64,000 nucleotides of DNA, taken from positions 42,759 to 106,758 of the IMG/VR virus record IMGVR_UViG_3300009179_000175. One strand, given 5' to 3'. The position numbers were made by a program, and so were the translations under genes. The notes beneath the pieces are model-generated. The model was given only the letters and a program-made list of their open reading frames with translations, had not been told where the DNA came from and did no database searches. Positions 46,052-54,210 of this stretch are shown one piece after another (the stretch's first letter is position 1; the number at the start of each line of letters is the position of its first letter). The stretch is from a virus.

Positions 46052-47440
46052 TTAAAATGTTGAAAATTTTTGAATAAACTGATCCGTGTCTGTAAAGGAA
46101 GTCATTTGCTTGGGAGCATAACTCGATGGTCCAATCTGTTGTCTGACGGCATCGATGTAGCAGGAGAAGCTCCCTTCTCGAGTGGTGAAGAAAATCTCGT
46201 CGATACCGATATTGATCAGTTCATCTTGATACTTTTCGGCTATAAGCGTATCCACACCGACAGTCACTGGTCGATTCTCTCTCCAAACTTTCCTCACCTT
46301 ATCGATCCAATCGAATGAATGAAGTCGCTCAGAAAATGACTTACCACGACCCGTATCTTTAAACCCAAGAATAGTTAAGGTAAGATTGTGATAGTGGCAC
46401 TCTTCCAGAATCTGGTCGAACTGATAATCGTTCACCACACCTTCTATAATCTGAATCTGAAACTTATTCGAGGGTATTTGGTACTTATTCAGTGCGAAAC
46501 CGAGGCGTCGAACCTCATACCCCGAGGTCACACTATACGCTATTCCACCGCAAAAGTCAAGCCAATCGCGGCGCTTGACGGGGTCGTCCAGCCAATCCAA
46601 ATCGGCGACGGTGAAGTTGGGTACCACCCCCTGCCAGCGGCAGTTTCTGAGAATCTCTGAAAAATTCGGATGCGAAGTCGGATCGCCACCGCCGAGTGCG
46701 ACTTCGAAAACTTCGTTCTCGGCAAGAGTCCTGATCACTCTATCGATGTAGTGACGATCGGCATGAGCGCCTTCCTTGCTCGACCCCTGATAGCAGAAGG
46801 CACAGTGTCGTTGGCAATGATCGGTTATCTTCACATCCACGAGTTCGGGAGCGGAGGCTTTGGTGGGAATCGTTTGGTAGGCGGAGAACGCCATTCTAAT
46901 CTTGGTGCCCTCTTCCCTATCGAAGATAGTCCAATAGCCGTTGGCTTTGTCTTTCCTGGCAACCAAACTCGTGTTCTTTCTATCGTAGATGAGTGGAAGG
47001 GTGAAAGGGTAGTTACCTTTGGCTTTCGGATGAAGTTCGGTGCCATTATCGTTGCCACCCAAAATGATGACGGACTCGTCGAGTATGAACTTCTTATACT
47101 CTTTGAAGAACTGACGATTTAACCCTCGACCGTTCCAGTTCAACGGTAAGGTAGGTACGCTCTGATGATCGACCGACCCTATCTCCGAATCTTTGTCGAT
47201 ATCGCACCATACCACGACAAGATCCCTGGCCATTTCCTCACCGATAAGATGAGTTAGATGTTGATTAAGAATCGCTGCCAGGTAATCTCTTTTCGAGGAG
47301 GTCTTCACCAAAGTGAAATTCTCCCAGCCGAAATATTTATCGCTGGGCGGGTCGTTTCGTATCTTGTCTTTCGAGATGATAATGGAATGAGTAGAACTGG
47401 AGTTAGTCGCAAAACCGAATCTCACATTGAAAATCATCAT
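46052..47440 (-). CDS. radical SAM protein with N-terminal FATNSSSTH domain
   Basis: CQRHCAFCYQ (CxxxCxxC), EVALGGGDP, VPNFT. Confidence 0.85.
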   Translation of the reverse strand: MMIFNVRFGFATNSSSTHSIIISKDKIRNDPPSDKYFGWENFTLVKTSSKRDYLAAILNQHLTHLIGEEMARDLVVVWCDIDKDSEIGSVDHQSVPTLPLNWNGRGLNRQFFKEYKKFILDESVIILGGNDNGTELHPKAKGNYPFTLPLIYDRKNTSLVARKDKANGYWTIFDREEGTKIRMAFSAYQTIPTKASAPELVDVKITDHCQRHCAFCYQGSSKEGAHADRHYIDRVIRTLAENEVFEVALGGGDPTSHPNFSEILRNCRWQGVVPNFTVADLDWLDDPVKRRDWLDFCGGIAYSVTSGYEVRRLGFALNKYQIPSNKFQIQIIEGVVNDYQFDQILEECHYHNLTLTILGFKDTGRGKSFSERLHSFDWIDKVRKVWRENRPVTVGVDTLIAEKYQDELINIGIDEIFFTTREGSFSCYIDAVRQQIGPSSYAPKQMTSFTDTDQFIQKFSTF

Positions 47441-47461
47441 GTTTCTCCAAAACCAGATTAG

Positions 47462-48064
47462 TTAGGTGTCTTGCTCTAAGACGATATTTTTGATGGTGAT
47501 GGTACAGGTATTCACCCCGTTCCACCCATAGAAAGGTCTTTCCCAAATCGTAGACAAATCGGTATTAGCCGAATTCTTATCGAGGTAGCAAAGCATGAGC
47601 TTATCGTCATCGAACTTCAGAGTGAGTTCGAGGTTCTTCAAACGAATCGGGACCGACCAGCATTCATTCAAATCGGCTTTGAAAGTCGTCGCCCATCTGT
47701 AGTCGTCACCTTCCAAGACCTCGATGGTATGCTTTTCATAGCCTGTCGTGATAATGATACTGCACTGCGGCTTGTCTTCATCCACGACATTCTTCATGGT
47801 TTTTAGACGACCCGGGTGCTCGTACTTCACGACATCCTTCTTGAAGAAGAGGTAACTGGTTTTACCTCGCTTCCTATCGCTTTCGGCATTGTAATCGCCG
47901 GTTTTAACCAACCAGGATCCGTCGAAGACGAACCTATCGCCCACCTCCAATTCCCCGAAACGGACTTTGGATAAGGTGGGCATCTCTCTTTCGGATTCTA
48001 CCTCGGGTGTAACCCCGGGGATCGGTGAATTCAAATTCACAAGTTCTTTAGTATGATATATCAT
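47462..48064 (-). CDS. hypothetical protein; domain shared with 33497-33814
   Basis: KVRFGELEVGDRF; start may be at 47983. Confidence 0.55.
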   Translation of the reverse strand: MIYHTKELVNLNSPIPGVTPEVESEREMPTLSKVRFGELEVGDRFVFDGSWLVKTGDYNAESDRKRGKTSYLFFKKDVVKYEHPGRLKTMKNVVDEDKPQCSIIITTGYEKHTIEVLEGDDYRWATTFKADLNECWSVPIRLKNLELTLKFDDDKLMLCYLDKNSANTDLSTIWERPFYGWNGVNTCTITIKNIVLEQDT

Positions 48065-48340
48065 GTTATGCTACCAGAGGTGGTGGGTCATCAGGAGGAA
48101 ACGCAGGTGGAAGAATCTTGGTATTCATGACAATGAAAGTAGGTGGTGTCGCCATTCGTATAAACCTAAATCTCCTGGCTTCTCGAACGAACAACGATTC
48201 CTTGCTACCCGAAAGAGCAAGCGACTTCATCACGGTCATCTTCTGCGGCTGCCCCTTCGTATCCGGTACAGGAGTAGGCATGGCAACTATCTTGGCTTGC
48301 TCTCTTCGCGCCTTGGCTTCTTGAAACGAGATGACATTAC

Positions 48341-48634
48341 TCATTTGATGATTACACCTTTGAAAGAGGGCGGTACTGCCGGATGGTGCGAAATGACAAA
48401 CATCTGTTTGATGATTACATCGACAGCTTCTCCTATTTTTTGCAAAGATTCGTTCATTGTCTTTATGCTGTTCTGCTGATCAACCAAAATCATTTGGATC
48501 GTTTTCAACGCCAAATCATGAACCATTTGCTTCTCCGAAAGCTCGGTAATGGCTTTTGCCAGAAGCATCAGTTTAGGATCAGCTTCGATTTCTTTAACGA
48601 TTCCGGGTAGATCTGCTTCCATGACATAACTCAA
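48341..48634 (-). CDS. coiled-coil hypothetical protein
   Basis: 97-aa ORF. Confidence 0.55.
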   Translation of the reverse strand: MSYVMEADLPGIVKEIEADPKLMLLAKAITELSEKQMVHDLALKTIQMILVDQQNSIKTMNESLQKIGEAVDVIIKQMFVISHHPAVPPSFKGVIIK

Positions 48635-48641
48635 AAGAAGA

Positions 48642-48706
48642 GAGGGACGAAGTTAAGAGACATTTCGGGTTTCAAGGTTGAAATGTAGTCCCATTAGCAT
48701 TCCCTC
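48642..48706 (-). ncRNA. Y-RNA-like element 1 (short)
   Basis: GAGGGA-ATGC-N4-GGGACTACAT...TCTC...TTCG-TCCCTC. Confidence 0.7.
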
Positions 48707-48715
48707 ATGATAGGG

Positions 48716-48846
48716 TGGGCAACGATTAACGAAGAGACGCGCGGCTCTTGCTCTACCAGCTGAGCTACCTCGACGGTTGCACATCGAGGGTGAGATTCGA
48801 ACTCACGACCCAGGGCTCCAATGTAGTCCGCTTCTGCATTTGCCCA
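48716..48846 (-). ncRNA. Y-RNA-like element 2 with permuted tRNA domain
   Basis: Closing TGGGCA/TGCCCA; T-arm GTGAG-TTCGAAT-CTCAC; acceptor CCTCGAT/GTCGAGG closed by a loop; D-arm GCTC-AGCTGGTA-GAGC. Confidence 0.85.
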
Positions 48847-48867
48847 AAGTTTTTTATCTATTTATGG

Positions 48868-48942
48868 TGGTGGCGACCGATTGAATCGAACAATCTTTCG
48901 TCTGGTTATGAACCGTGTGAGGAAGCCATCCTCCCCGTCGCC
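48868..48942 (-). tRNA. degenerate tRNA(CAT)
   Basis: Acceptor, D and T arms pair; anticodon stem has 3 mismatches. Confidence 0.55.
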
Positions 48943-48947
48943 ATATG

Positions 48948-49280
48948 TTAGGTTGCTCTAAACTCTTCGATGAAGAGGTTGACTGTATCGACACCGATGT
49001 AGTGAGAGATGTGAGCCCTTGCTCGTACGAAGTTCTGCTTTACGAACTCGACCGTTTCTTCTTTGATACCCGCAGCCGTGAAGTCGTCGATATCTCTGAT
49101 GCAGAGCATCATGATTCGTGCGGACTGCATGATCTGTCCGAATAGCAGGTTGATGTCGTTGTTCAAGTATTGCTTGAGTGATGGGTGAGTCGTTTTGGCA
49201 TCGTTCAGAACATAGTACAGGCTTTCGATCGGACCGAATTTCCTTCGGGCATCACGATAGATGTCGATATAGTTGACCAT
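48948..49280 (-). CDS. hypothetical protein
   Basis: Start MVNYID; the track extension overlaps an ncRNA. Confidence 0.55.
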   Translation of the reverse strand: MVNYIDIYRDARRKFGPIESLYYVLNDAKTTHPSLKQYLNNDINLLFGQIMQSARIMMLCIRDIDDFTAAGIKEETVEFVKQNFVRARAHISHYIGVDTVNLFIEEFRAT

Positions 49281-49301
49281 AGCAATCACCTCGATGTAAG
49301 G

Positions 49302-49411
49302 ATGCTTGACGAAAATGTAGAGACGTTTACCGGCTACCCAGCCCAAGATGAGAGTCGAACTCATACCGTTTCGTTACAAGTGAAATGTAGTCCCTACGAG
49401 CATTCAAGCAT
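49302..49411 (-). ncRNA. Y-RNA-like element 3 with T-arm and reduced D-like segment
   Basis: Closing ATGCTTGA/TCAAGCAT; GAATGC-N5-GGGACTACAT; ATGAG-TTCGACT-CTCAT. Confidence 0.8.
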
Positions 49412-49415
49412 GTTC

Positions 49416-49489
49416 TGGTTCACTCCCAGGGGCTCGAACCCCGATTCAAGGATTCAAAGTCCTTTGTCCTACCATTAGACGAGGAGTGA
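49416..49489 (-). tRNA. tRNA-Gln(TTG)
   Basis: Cloverleaf, CCA. Confidence 0.9.
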
Positions 49490-49495
49490 GTTGTT

Positions 49496-49569
49496 TGGCT
49501 TCGAGTCAAGGATTCGAACCTCGATACACTGCTTCAGAGACAGTGGTCCTGCCGTTAGACGAACTCGAA
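49496..49569 (-). tRNA. tRNA-Gln(CTG)
   Basis: Cloverleaf, CCA. Confidence 0.9.
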
Positions 49570-49577
49570 CTTGTTAG

Positions 49578-49934
49578 TTATTTAGGGTAGACGTTATACA
49601 GAGCTTCATTGCGCTCATTGAACCTAAACCGGTACGGCTTGGCGCTCATTTCCTCGATAATCACTTTTAGCATTTTTTTAGTATGATCTTCACCACAAGA
49701 GGGTTGAAACACTTTTAAAGTGAAAAACCGTTGGTTAATGTTCAACACGGCATTACCTTCACCGTAAACCCGGATGAAGCAGGCTAACAGCCGCTGCATA
49801 TCTGCAATTTGCGTGGACTTCCAGAAAACCTGATTTTTCTCGTCATTCTCTTGACGGTCTTGCAGGGCTGCCCACGCACAGGGGGCTTTACGAGATTTGA
49901 TTTCGGTTTCGGAGGAAGAGGCTACGGTTTTCAT
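49578..49934 (-). CDS. hypothetical early protein
   Basis: Start MKTVA after a promoter cassette. Confidence 0.6.
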   Translation of the reverse strand: MKTVASSSETEIKSRKAPCAWAALQDRQENDEKNQVFWKSTQIADMQRLLACFIRVYGEGNAVLNINQRFFTLKVFQPSCGEDHTKKMLKVIIEEMSAKPYRFRFNERNEALYNVYPK

Positions 49935-49968
49935 TTCGGGCTCCAGGTTTGGCTTACTTGATGTGCTT

Positions 49969-50036
49969 AGTATAGCAGACCAGGAGCCAAAAGTCAAGCC
50001 GTTCAAGAAAAATATTTCCACGAAAGTGCGACGTAA
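49969..50036 (-). promoter_or_regulatory. sigma70 early promoter cassette (mosaic of other copies)
   Basis: TTGACT-N17-TATACT. Confidence 0.85.
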
Positions 50037-50040
50037 CAAT

Positions 50041-50098
50041 ATCCTGACAAGTAGGTATGAGACATGATCGCCATGTAGTCCCATTGGCATTCAGGATG
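50041..50098 (-). ncRNA. Y-RNA-like element 4 (minimal)
   Basis: ATCCTGA-ATGC-N5-GGGACTACATG...CATGTCTC...CTTG-TCAGGAT. Confidence 0.75.
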
Positions 50099-50108
50099 TA
50101 ATCAGAAA

Positions 50109-50190
50109 AGGCAACGAGATAGATAAAGATGTTAGCTTTAGATTTATCGATTAAGATATATTTAATGTAATCCTTATCAGCATTTGCCTT
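50109..50190 (-). ncRNA. Y-RNA-like element 5
   Basis: AAGGCAA-ATGC-N5-AGGATTACAT...TTGCCTT. Confidence 0.7.
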
Positions 50191-50199
50191 GTAAAAGGT

Positions 50200-50304
50200 T
50201 AGGTGGACGAAGGGGTCGAGATTCGGGGCGGTTCTCACCGATCCCCTTTTGGGCGTCGTAAGCCCAGACAATGGTAGATGTAATCCCGATGTGCATTCCA
50301 CCTA
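50200..50304 (-). ncRNA. Y-RNA-like element 6
   Basis: TAGGTGGA-ATGC-N5-GGGATTACAT...AATCTC...TTCG-TCCACCTA, two inner hairpins. Confidence 0.75.
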
Positions 50305-50318
50305 TAAAACTATTTATA

Positions 50319-50451
50319 GACGACAAGATCGCCGAGTTCATTTTTCGCGCTCTGCCACGTTGAGCTACACCGGCGTTGAAGTGGTGCCGGCGATGGGGTT
50401 CGAACCCATATCCTCGTCATTTACAGTGATGTAAACCCAACAGCATTCGTC
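50319..50451 (-). ncRNA. Y-RNA-like element 7 with permuted tRNA domain retaining ACCA
   Basis: GACGAATGC...; ATGGG-TTCGAAC-CCCAT; CGCCGGC-ACCA-linker-GCCGGTG; GCTC-AACGTGGCA-GAGC; CTTGTCGTC. Confidence 0.85.
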
Positions 50452-50459
50452 TTTAATCG

Positions 50460-51386
50460 TTAGATCAGTTCTGCAATACCTTCTTCGAAGGTTACGCCTG
50501 ATCGAAATCCAAGTCGGTTAGCCGCCATCTTATGGTTGCCACAAGAGTGCTTGATGTCACCTTCTCTCGCTTCCGCGTAAACCGGTAGAGGATTGCGTGG
50601 ATATTTATGATGAAGAAGCGACAGCAGATAGTTCAGTGTCAGAGATCTTCCGGTGCAAACATCGATATTGCCTTCTTCGTTCTCATCGGACATCAGAGCC
50701 AATCGGTTAGCCCTGGCCACATCTTTGACGTGGATGAAATCGCGTGTCTGTTCGCCATCTCCGTAAACCGTGACACCCTCACCTTTCTTATACTTATCCG
50801 AGAAGATGGAGATCACACCTGAGTAGGAGGAAGAAGGATCTTGTCTCGGACCGTAGACGTTGAAGTATCGCAAGCAGGTTTGGCTAAACCCGTAGCAGGA
50901 GGCGTATCCCTTAATCAGAGTCTCCGATGCCAGCTTGGAGACCGCATAGGGAGATAGCGGATTCGGGTTGTTATCCGGATCACCATAAACCGATGCCGAG
51001 GACGAGAACACCAGCTTCTTGAGCTTGTGCTTACCGCACAAGAGCGCGACGTTATTGACCGCCTTCACGTTGAACTCGAAGTTCAGCCCGGGTTTCTCGA
51101 AGCTTTCAGGAACGCTTACGAGCGCCGCCAGATGCAGAATTCTCGAGATGTGGAAAGTTTCGAAAAGGTAACCCTCAAAGAAGTATTCCATGGTATAACT
51201 TCGGCAATCGACCGGCATGAAGCTGAATCGCGGATGATCGATAATCGCATCCAAGTTTTCCAGCTTGCCTGTTCGTAGGTTATCGATCCCCACGACAGAG
51301 TAACCCGCATTCACCAATTCTTCGCAAGTATGAGATCCAATAAACCCGGCAGCACCGGTTACCAAGATACTTTCATTCGTGGGCAT
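50460..51386 (-). CDS. NAD-dependent epimerase/dehydratase (UDP-sugar 4-epimerase-like)
   Basis: LVTGAAGFIGS, HLAA..SV, FSSSASVYG, YAVSK, LRYFNVYGPRQ, QTRDFIHV. Confidence 0.92.
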   Translation of the reverse strand: MPTNESILVTGAAGFIGSHTCEELVNAGYSVVGIDNLRTGKLENLDAIIDHPRFSFMPVDCRSYTMEYFFEGYLFETFHISRILHLAALVSVPESFEKPGLNFEFNVKAVNNVALLCGKHKLKKLVFSSSASVYGDPDNNPNPLSPYAVSKLASETLIKGYASCYGFSQTCLRYFNVYGPRQDPSSSYSGVISIFSDKYKKGEGVTVYGDGEQTRDFIHVKDVARANRLALMSDENEEGNIDVCTGRSLTLNYLLSLLHHKYPRNPLPVYAEAREGDIKHSCGNHKMAANRLGFRSGVTFEEGIAELI

Positions 51387-51592
51387 CAGGCGTCTCCAGA
51401 AGTGAAGATTGTAATTCAAAGGTATTGCTATCATGAAATATGTCGGATAGCTGAGCGAGTCTCGACTCGGCGCGGAACTTATCCAAATGAACTTCGGCTG
51501 CTGCCAGTTCGCCGGTTCGATTCGAGCGACAGAGAATAACATAACAGATTTGCAGACCCATAATCTCGATCTCAAGTTGACAATGAATAAGG

Positions 51593-51722
51593 ATGAAGTA
51601 ACGAAATCGATGAGATGTTTTGGAGCTCGTGCTCTACCATTGAGCTACAACCGCCAGGGCGGCAGGGAGGAATCGAACCCCCGTCTCGAGCTTGGATGTA
51701 ATCCCACCAGCATTTACTTCAT
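51593..51722 (-). ncRNA. Y-RNA-like element 8 with permuted tRNA domain
   Basis: Closing ATGAAGTAA/TTACTTCAT; GCTCG/CGAGC; GGGGG-TTCGATT-CCTCC; CTGCCGC/GCGGTTG; GCTC-AATGGTA-GAGC. Confidence 0.85.
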
Positions 51723-52063
51723 TTGATTATCTTGCAGCCGTCTTTCTTCAACTGCTCGCAGACGGCATAGAACATGTCGTTAGGGATTTCGACACAGATG
51801 GTTTTGAACTTCTGATTCTTTCTCCACTTCCTGATGACCGCCTCGACGCTCGCCGAGTTTTCCTCGGACGGTATGTCGCTGAAGTAGATGACTCCGCTTT
51901 CGATGGTCACATTCGCCTTAGGGTCGATGTTATCGAAATCATCATCGATTTCTTGACCGTCGACAGATATAAGCATATCATCGTGCCAAACATTGGGCAC
52001 CCAGACACTGGAGTCGTTGTAGAACGCATTCCACTCTACACCTTTCATTTTCACGGCAAGCAT
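51719..52063 (-). CDS. hypothetical protein
   Basis: 114-aa ORF. Confidence 0.6.
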   Translation of the reverse strand: MLAVKMKGVEWNAFYNDSSVWVPNVWHDDMLISVDGQEIDDDFDNIDPKANVTIESGVIYFSDIPSEENSASVEAVIRKWRKNQKFKTICVEIPNDMFYAVCEQLKKDGCKIIK

Positions 52064-52086
52064 CTCCTGGGACGATTGAAAAACGT

Positions 52087-52160
52087 GGACCGACGAGAAT
52101 TGATGAGTTTTTTACGGTTTTGATTAGCAGTCAAATGTAAACCCACCGAGCATTCGGTCC
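52087..52160 (-). ncRNA. Y-RNA-like element 9
   Basis: GGACCGA-ATGC-N5-GGGTTTACAT...AACTC...TCGGTCC. Confidence 0.75.
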
Positions 52161-52175
52161 TTAAACCTTATAATT

Positions 52176-52255
52176 TGGCGCGGCTGGAGGGACTCAAACC
52201 CCCATGTTTTCAATTAACCTTTCTACAGGTTCGTAGCCTGAGGGTATACAGCCGC
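52176..52255 (-). tRNA. rearranged tRNA-like gene, anticodon ACG (Arg), no canonical D-arm
   Basis: GCGGCTG/CAGCCGC-G-CCA; CAGG-CTACGAA-CCTG hairpin 8 nt after the acceptor; 24 nt to T-arm. Confidence 0.65.
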
Positions 52256-52264
52256 AGAATAAAA

Positions 52265-52331
52265 AGAGTTGACAAGAAGTGATGAATCATCGTACATGGT
52301 TTGAAATGTAGATCCATCGAGCATTCAACTC
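52265..52331 (-). ncRNA. Y-RNA-like element 10
   Basis: GAGTTGA-ATGC-N5-GGATCTACAT...CTTG-TCAACTC. Confidence 0.75.
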
Positions 52332-52341
52332 AAACTTGATT

Positions 52342-52418
52342 GGTCGGCGTACAAGGATTCGAACCTTGGACCCCCTGCTCCCAAAGCAGGTGCTCTAACC
52401 AGACTGAGCTACACACCG
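52342..52418 (-). tRNA. tRNA-Pro(TGG)
   Basis: Canonical cloverleaf. Confidence 0.95.
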
Positions 52419-52423
52419 AAAAT

Positions 52424-52499
52424 TGGTCTCCATGGCAGGATTCGAACCTACGTCCCCGCGCCCCAAACGCGGTGCTAAACCAAGCTCAGCTACACAGAG
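52424..52499 (-). tRNA. tRNA-Pro(TGG), second copy
   Basis: Cloverleaf, loop TT-TGG-GG. Confidence 0.85.
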
Positions 52500-52505
52500 A
52501 TTGAC

Positions 52506-52579
52506 TGGCTGAGGAGCGGGAATCGAACCCTTCATCTTGATAAACCGTCAAGCGCGCTCACCAAGAGCGATACTCCCCC
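52506..52579 (-). pseudogene. degenerate tRNA (loop CG-GTT-TA, Asn-like)
   Basis: Mismatched 1-72 pair, 3-bp T-stem, CCA present. Confidence 0.5.
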
Positions 52580-52589
52580 GTTGTAAAAG

Positions 52590-52657
52590 AGTCGACAAGA
52601 GATGACAAGACACGTTTCAACGCCTAAGGTAGATGTAGTCCTGTCGAGCATTCGACT
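52590..52657 (-). ncRNA. Y-RNA-like element 11
   Basis: AGTCGA-ATGC-N5-AGGACTACAT...CTTG-TCGACT. Confidence 0.8.
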
Positions 52658-52661
52658 TGTT

Positions 52662-52737
52662 TGGTAGCGGGTAGAGGACTCGAACCTCTCTGGACAGGCT
52701 TATGAGACCTGTAAGCTCACCCGAACTTGAACCCGCA
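52662..52737 (-). tRNA. tRNA-Met(CAT) with 1.72 mismatch
   Basis: Loop CT-CAT-AA; T1.T72 mismatch (initiator-like) but lacks three anticodon-stem GC pairs. Confidence 0.75.
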
Positions 52738-52743
52738 ATCGTT

Positions 52744-52817
52744 TGGTACCTCGTTCTGGAATCGAACCAGCATCCGCTCCTTGTAAGGGAGAAATTCTAC
52801 CATTAAACTACCGAGGC
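52744..52817 (-). tRNA. tRNA-Val(TAC)
   Basis: Cloverleaf, CCA. Confidence 0.9.
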
Positions 52818-52821
52818 TTTG

Positions 52822-52888
52822 AATCCGACAAAGATTAGTGAGACTGTTGGTCATAGGAAGTGATGTAGTCCCACAGAGCATTCGGATT
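52822..52888 (-). ncRNA. Y-RNA-like element 12
   Basis: AATCCGA-ATGC-N5-GGGACTACAT...GTCTC...TTTG-TCGGATT. Confidence 0.8.
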
Positions 52889-53075
52889 ATTTATAAATTT
52901 AATCGTTGTTGAAATAACTGACGATAGCCATGTACTCACCCCGATGTTTGAACTTGCCTGCGGTCTCGCGAACTACACCGCCATCGAAGAACGGGTACTT
53001 ACGGTATTCGTCAACCATTCGTTCGACTTCTTCGGGAGTCTTACCGATTAGAGTAGCGTAGCAGAATCCGTACAT

Positions 53076-53579
53076 TTAATTATACTCGTCATTTTCGTAC
53101 GCATAATCTTCGTCGTCATAATCGCTGTCGCCATCCTCTTCATCGTAATCGTGGCTCTCGTTGCTATCGTAATCATCACCCGTGTCGATATCGATATGAC
53201 CGAAGGTGAAGTTACCATCTCGCGACTTCACGACGAAGGGCTCTTCGAACTCGATGAACAGCCCCAGGTAATCCAAATCGTTATCCGTCCTACCGAGGTA
53301 CTCTACGGTTTCCTGAGGAGCGATACCGATCAATCCAGCATCGACGGGAAACGCCTTGCCGTTGGAACCGATATAACGCCCATCACCATAAGCAGTTGAC
53401 GCGGCCCATACCTTGATTTTGCCGTCGTCGAGTTCGCCGTAGGACTCTTCGAAGAAACCGACTTCGGCAAGAAGCTCTTCCCACTTGTTTTCCATCGGAC
53501 CATGATGCGGGAAGATGTAGCAGGGGTCGCCAATCCAATACTTACCGGCAGGCATAACCATAGAATTCGACATGTTCAT
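53076..53579 (-). CDS. conserved phage protein with acidic tail
   Basis: YWIGDPCY, TAYGDG.Y, VDAGLIG, IDTG motifs. Confidence 0.7.
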   Translation of the reverse strand: MNMSNSMVMPAGKYWIGDPCYIFPHHGPMENKWEELLAEVGFFEESYGELDDGKIKVWAASTAYGDGRYIGSNGKAFPVDAGLIGIAPQETVEYLGRTDNDLDYLGLFIEFEEPFVVKSRDGNFTFGHIDIDTGDDYDSNESHDYDEEDGDSDYDDEDYAYENDEYN

Positions 53580-53585
53580 TTCCTC

Positions 53586-54074
53586 TTATTTAGCCTTCGT
53601 CTTGCGCTTGCTAACAGTACCATTGGCATTCAGAGTCGCCTGGTATTCCAGAGCGGCTTGGATCTTGACTTGCTTCTCGGCATCCGTGTGCATCACGCGG
53701 ACGCGGCAATCGGGGTAGAACTTAGACTTGCAGCGACCCGTGTCAACCAGGATCATCTCGCGGTCACCGGACGGACCCATAAAATACGAGGTTTGAAACT
53801 TTTCACCCAACTCCTTATCGGTGCCGTGGTGAATGGCTTGGATGAGCGAAAAGTTTTTCCAACCGGAGTTTTCCTTGATACCCATCCCGACCTTCAGTTC
53901 GGACGCGGGAACCGTCAGGCTCTCATCATAAAACCGCCGAGCTTCCGCACCACGCTTGGTGAACTGGATACCAGTTCCCTTGCAGCCGTAGCACATGTCG
54001 AGGTGCATGGTGTTGAACGAGAACCGACCACTACCACCGCAGCGCGAACAGGTCTTGGTTTCGAACTTGGACAT
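53586..54074 (-). CDS. early protein with DnaJ-type CxxCxGxG zinc finger
   Basis: CSRCGGSG...CYGCKGTG. Confidence 0.7.
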   Translation of the reverse strand: MSKFETKTCSRCGGSGRFSFNTMHLDMCYGCKGTGIQFTKRGAEARRFYDESLTVPASELKVGMGIKENSGWKNFSLIQAIHHGTDKELGEKFQTSYFMGPSGDREMILVDTGRCKSKFYPDCRVRVMHTDAEKQVKIQAALEYQATLNANGTVSKRKTKAK

Positions 54075-54110
54075 CTTGGTCTCCTGGGTTGGTTTACTTA
54101 CTGTGCCTAT

Positions 54111-54158
54111 AGTATAGCACATGAATTCAAAATGTCAAGGGGTTCGTGAAAATTTTTA
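54111..54158 (-). promoter_or_regulatory. sigma70 early promoter cassette
   Basis: TTGACA-N16-TATACT. Confidence 0.8.
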
Positions 54159-54210
54159 TTCGGTAGCACTTTCAACAGGTTACGCGCATCCCTGCGCGAC
54201 CGCTACCCTG

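Noticed and set aside
48642-52888. CRISPR array or mini-array
   Set aside because: Repeats are degenerate, irregularly spaced and defined by covarying structure, not identical direct repeats with fixed-length spacers; no cas genes.
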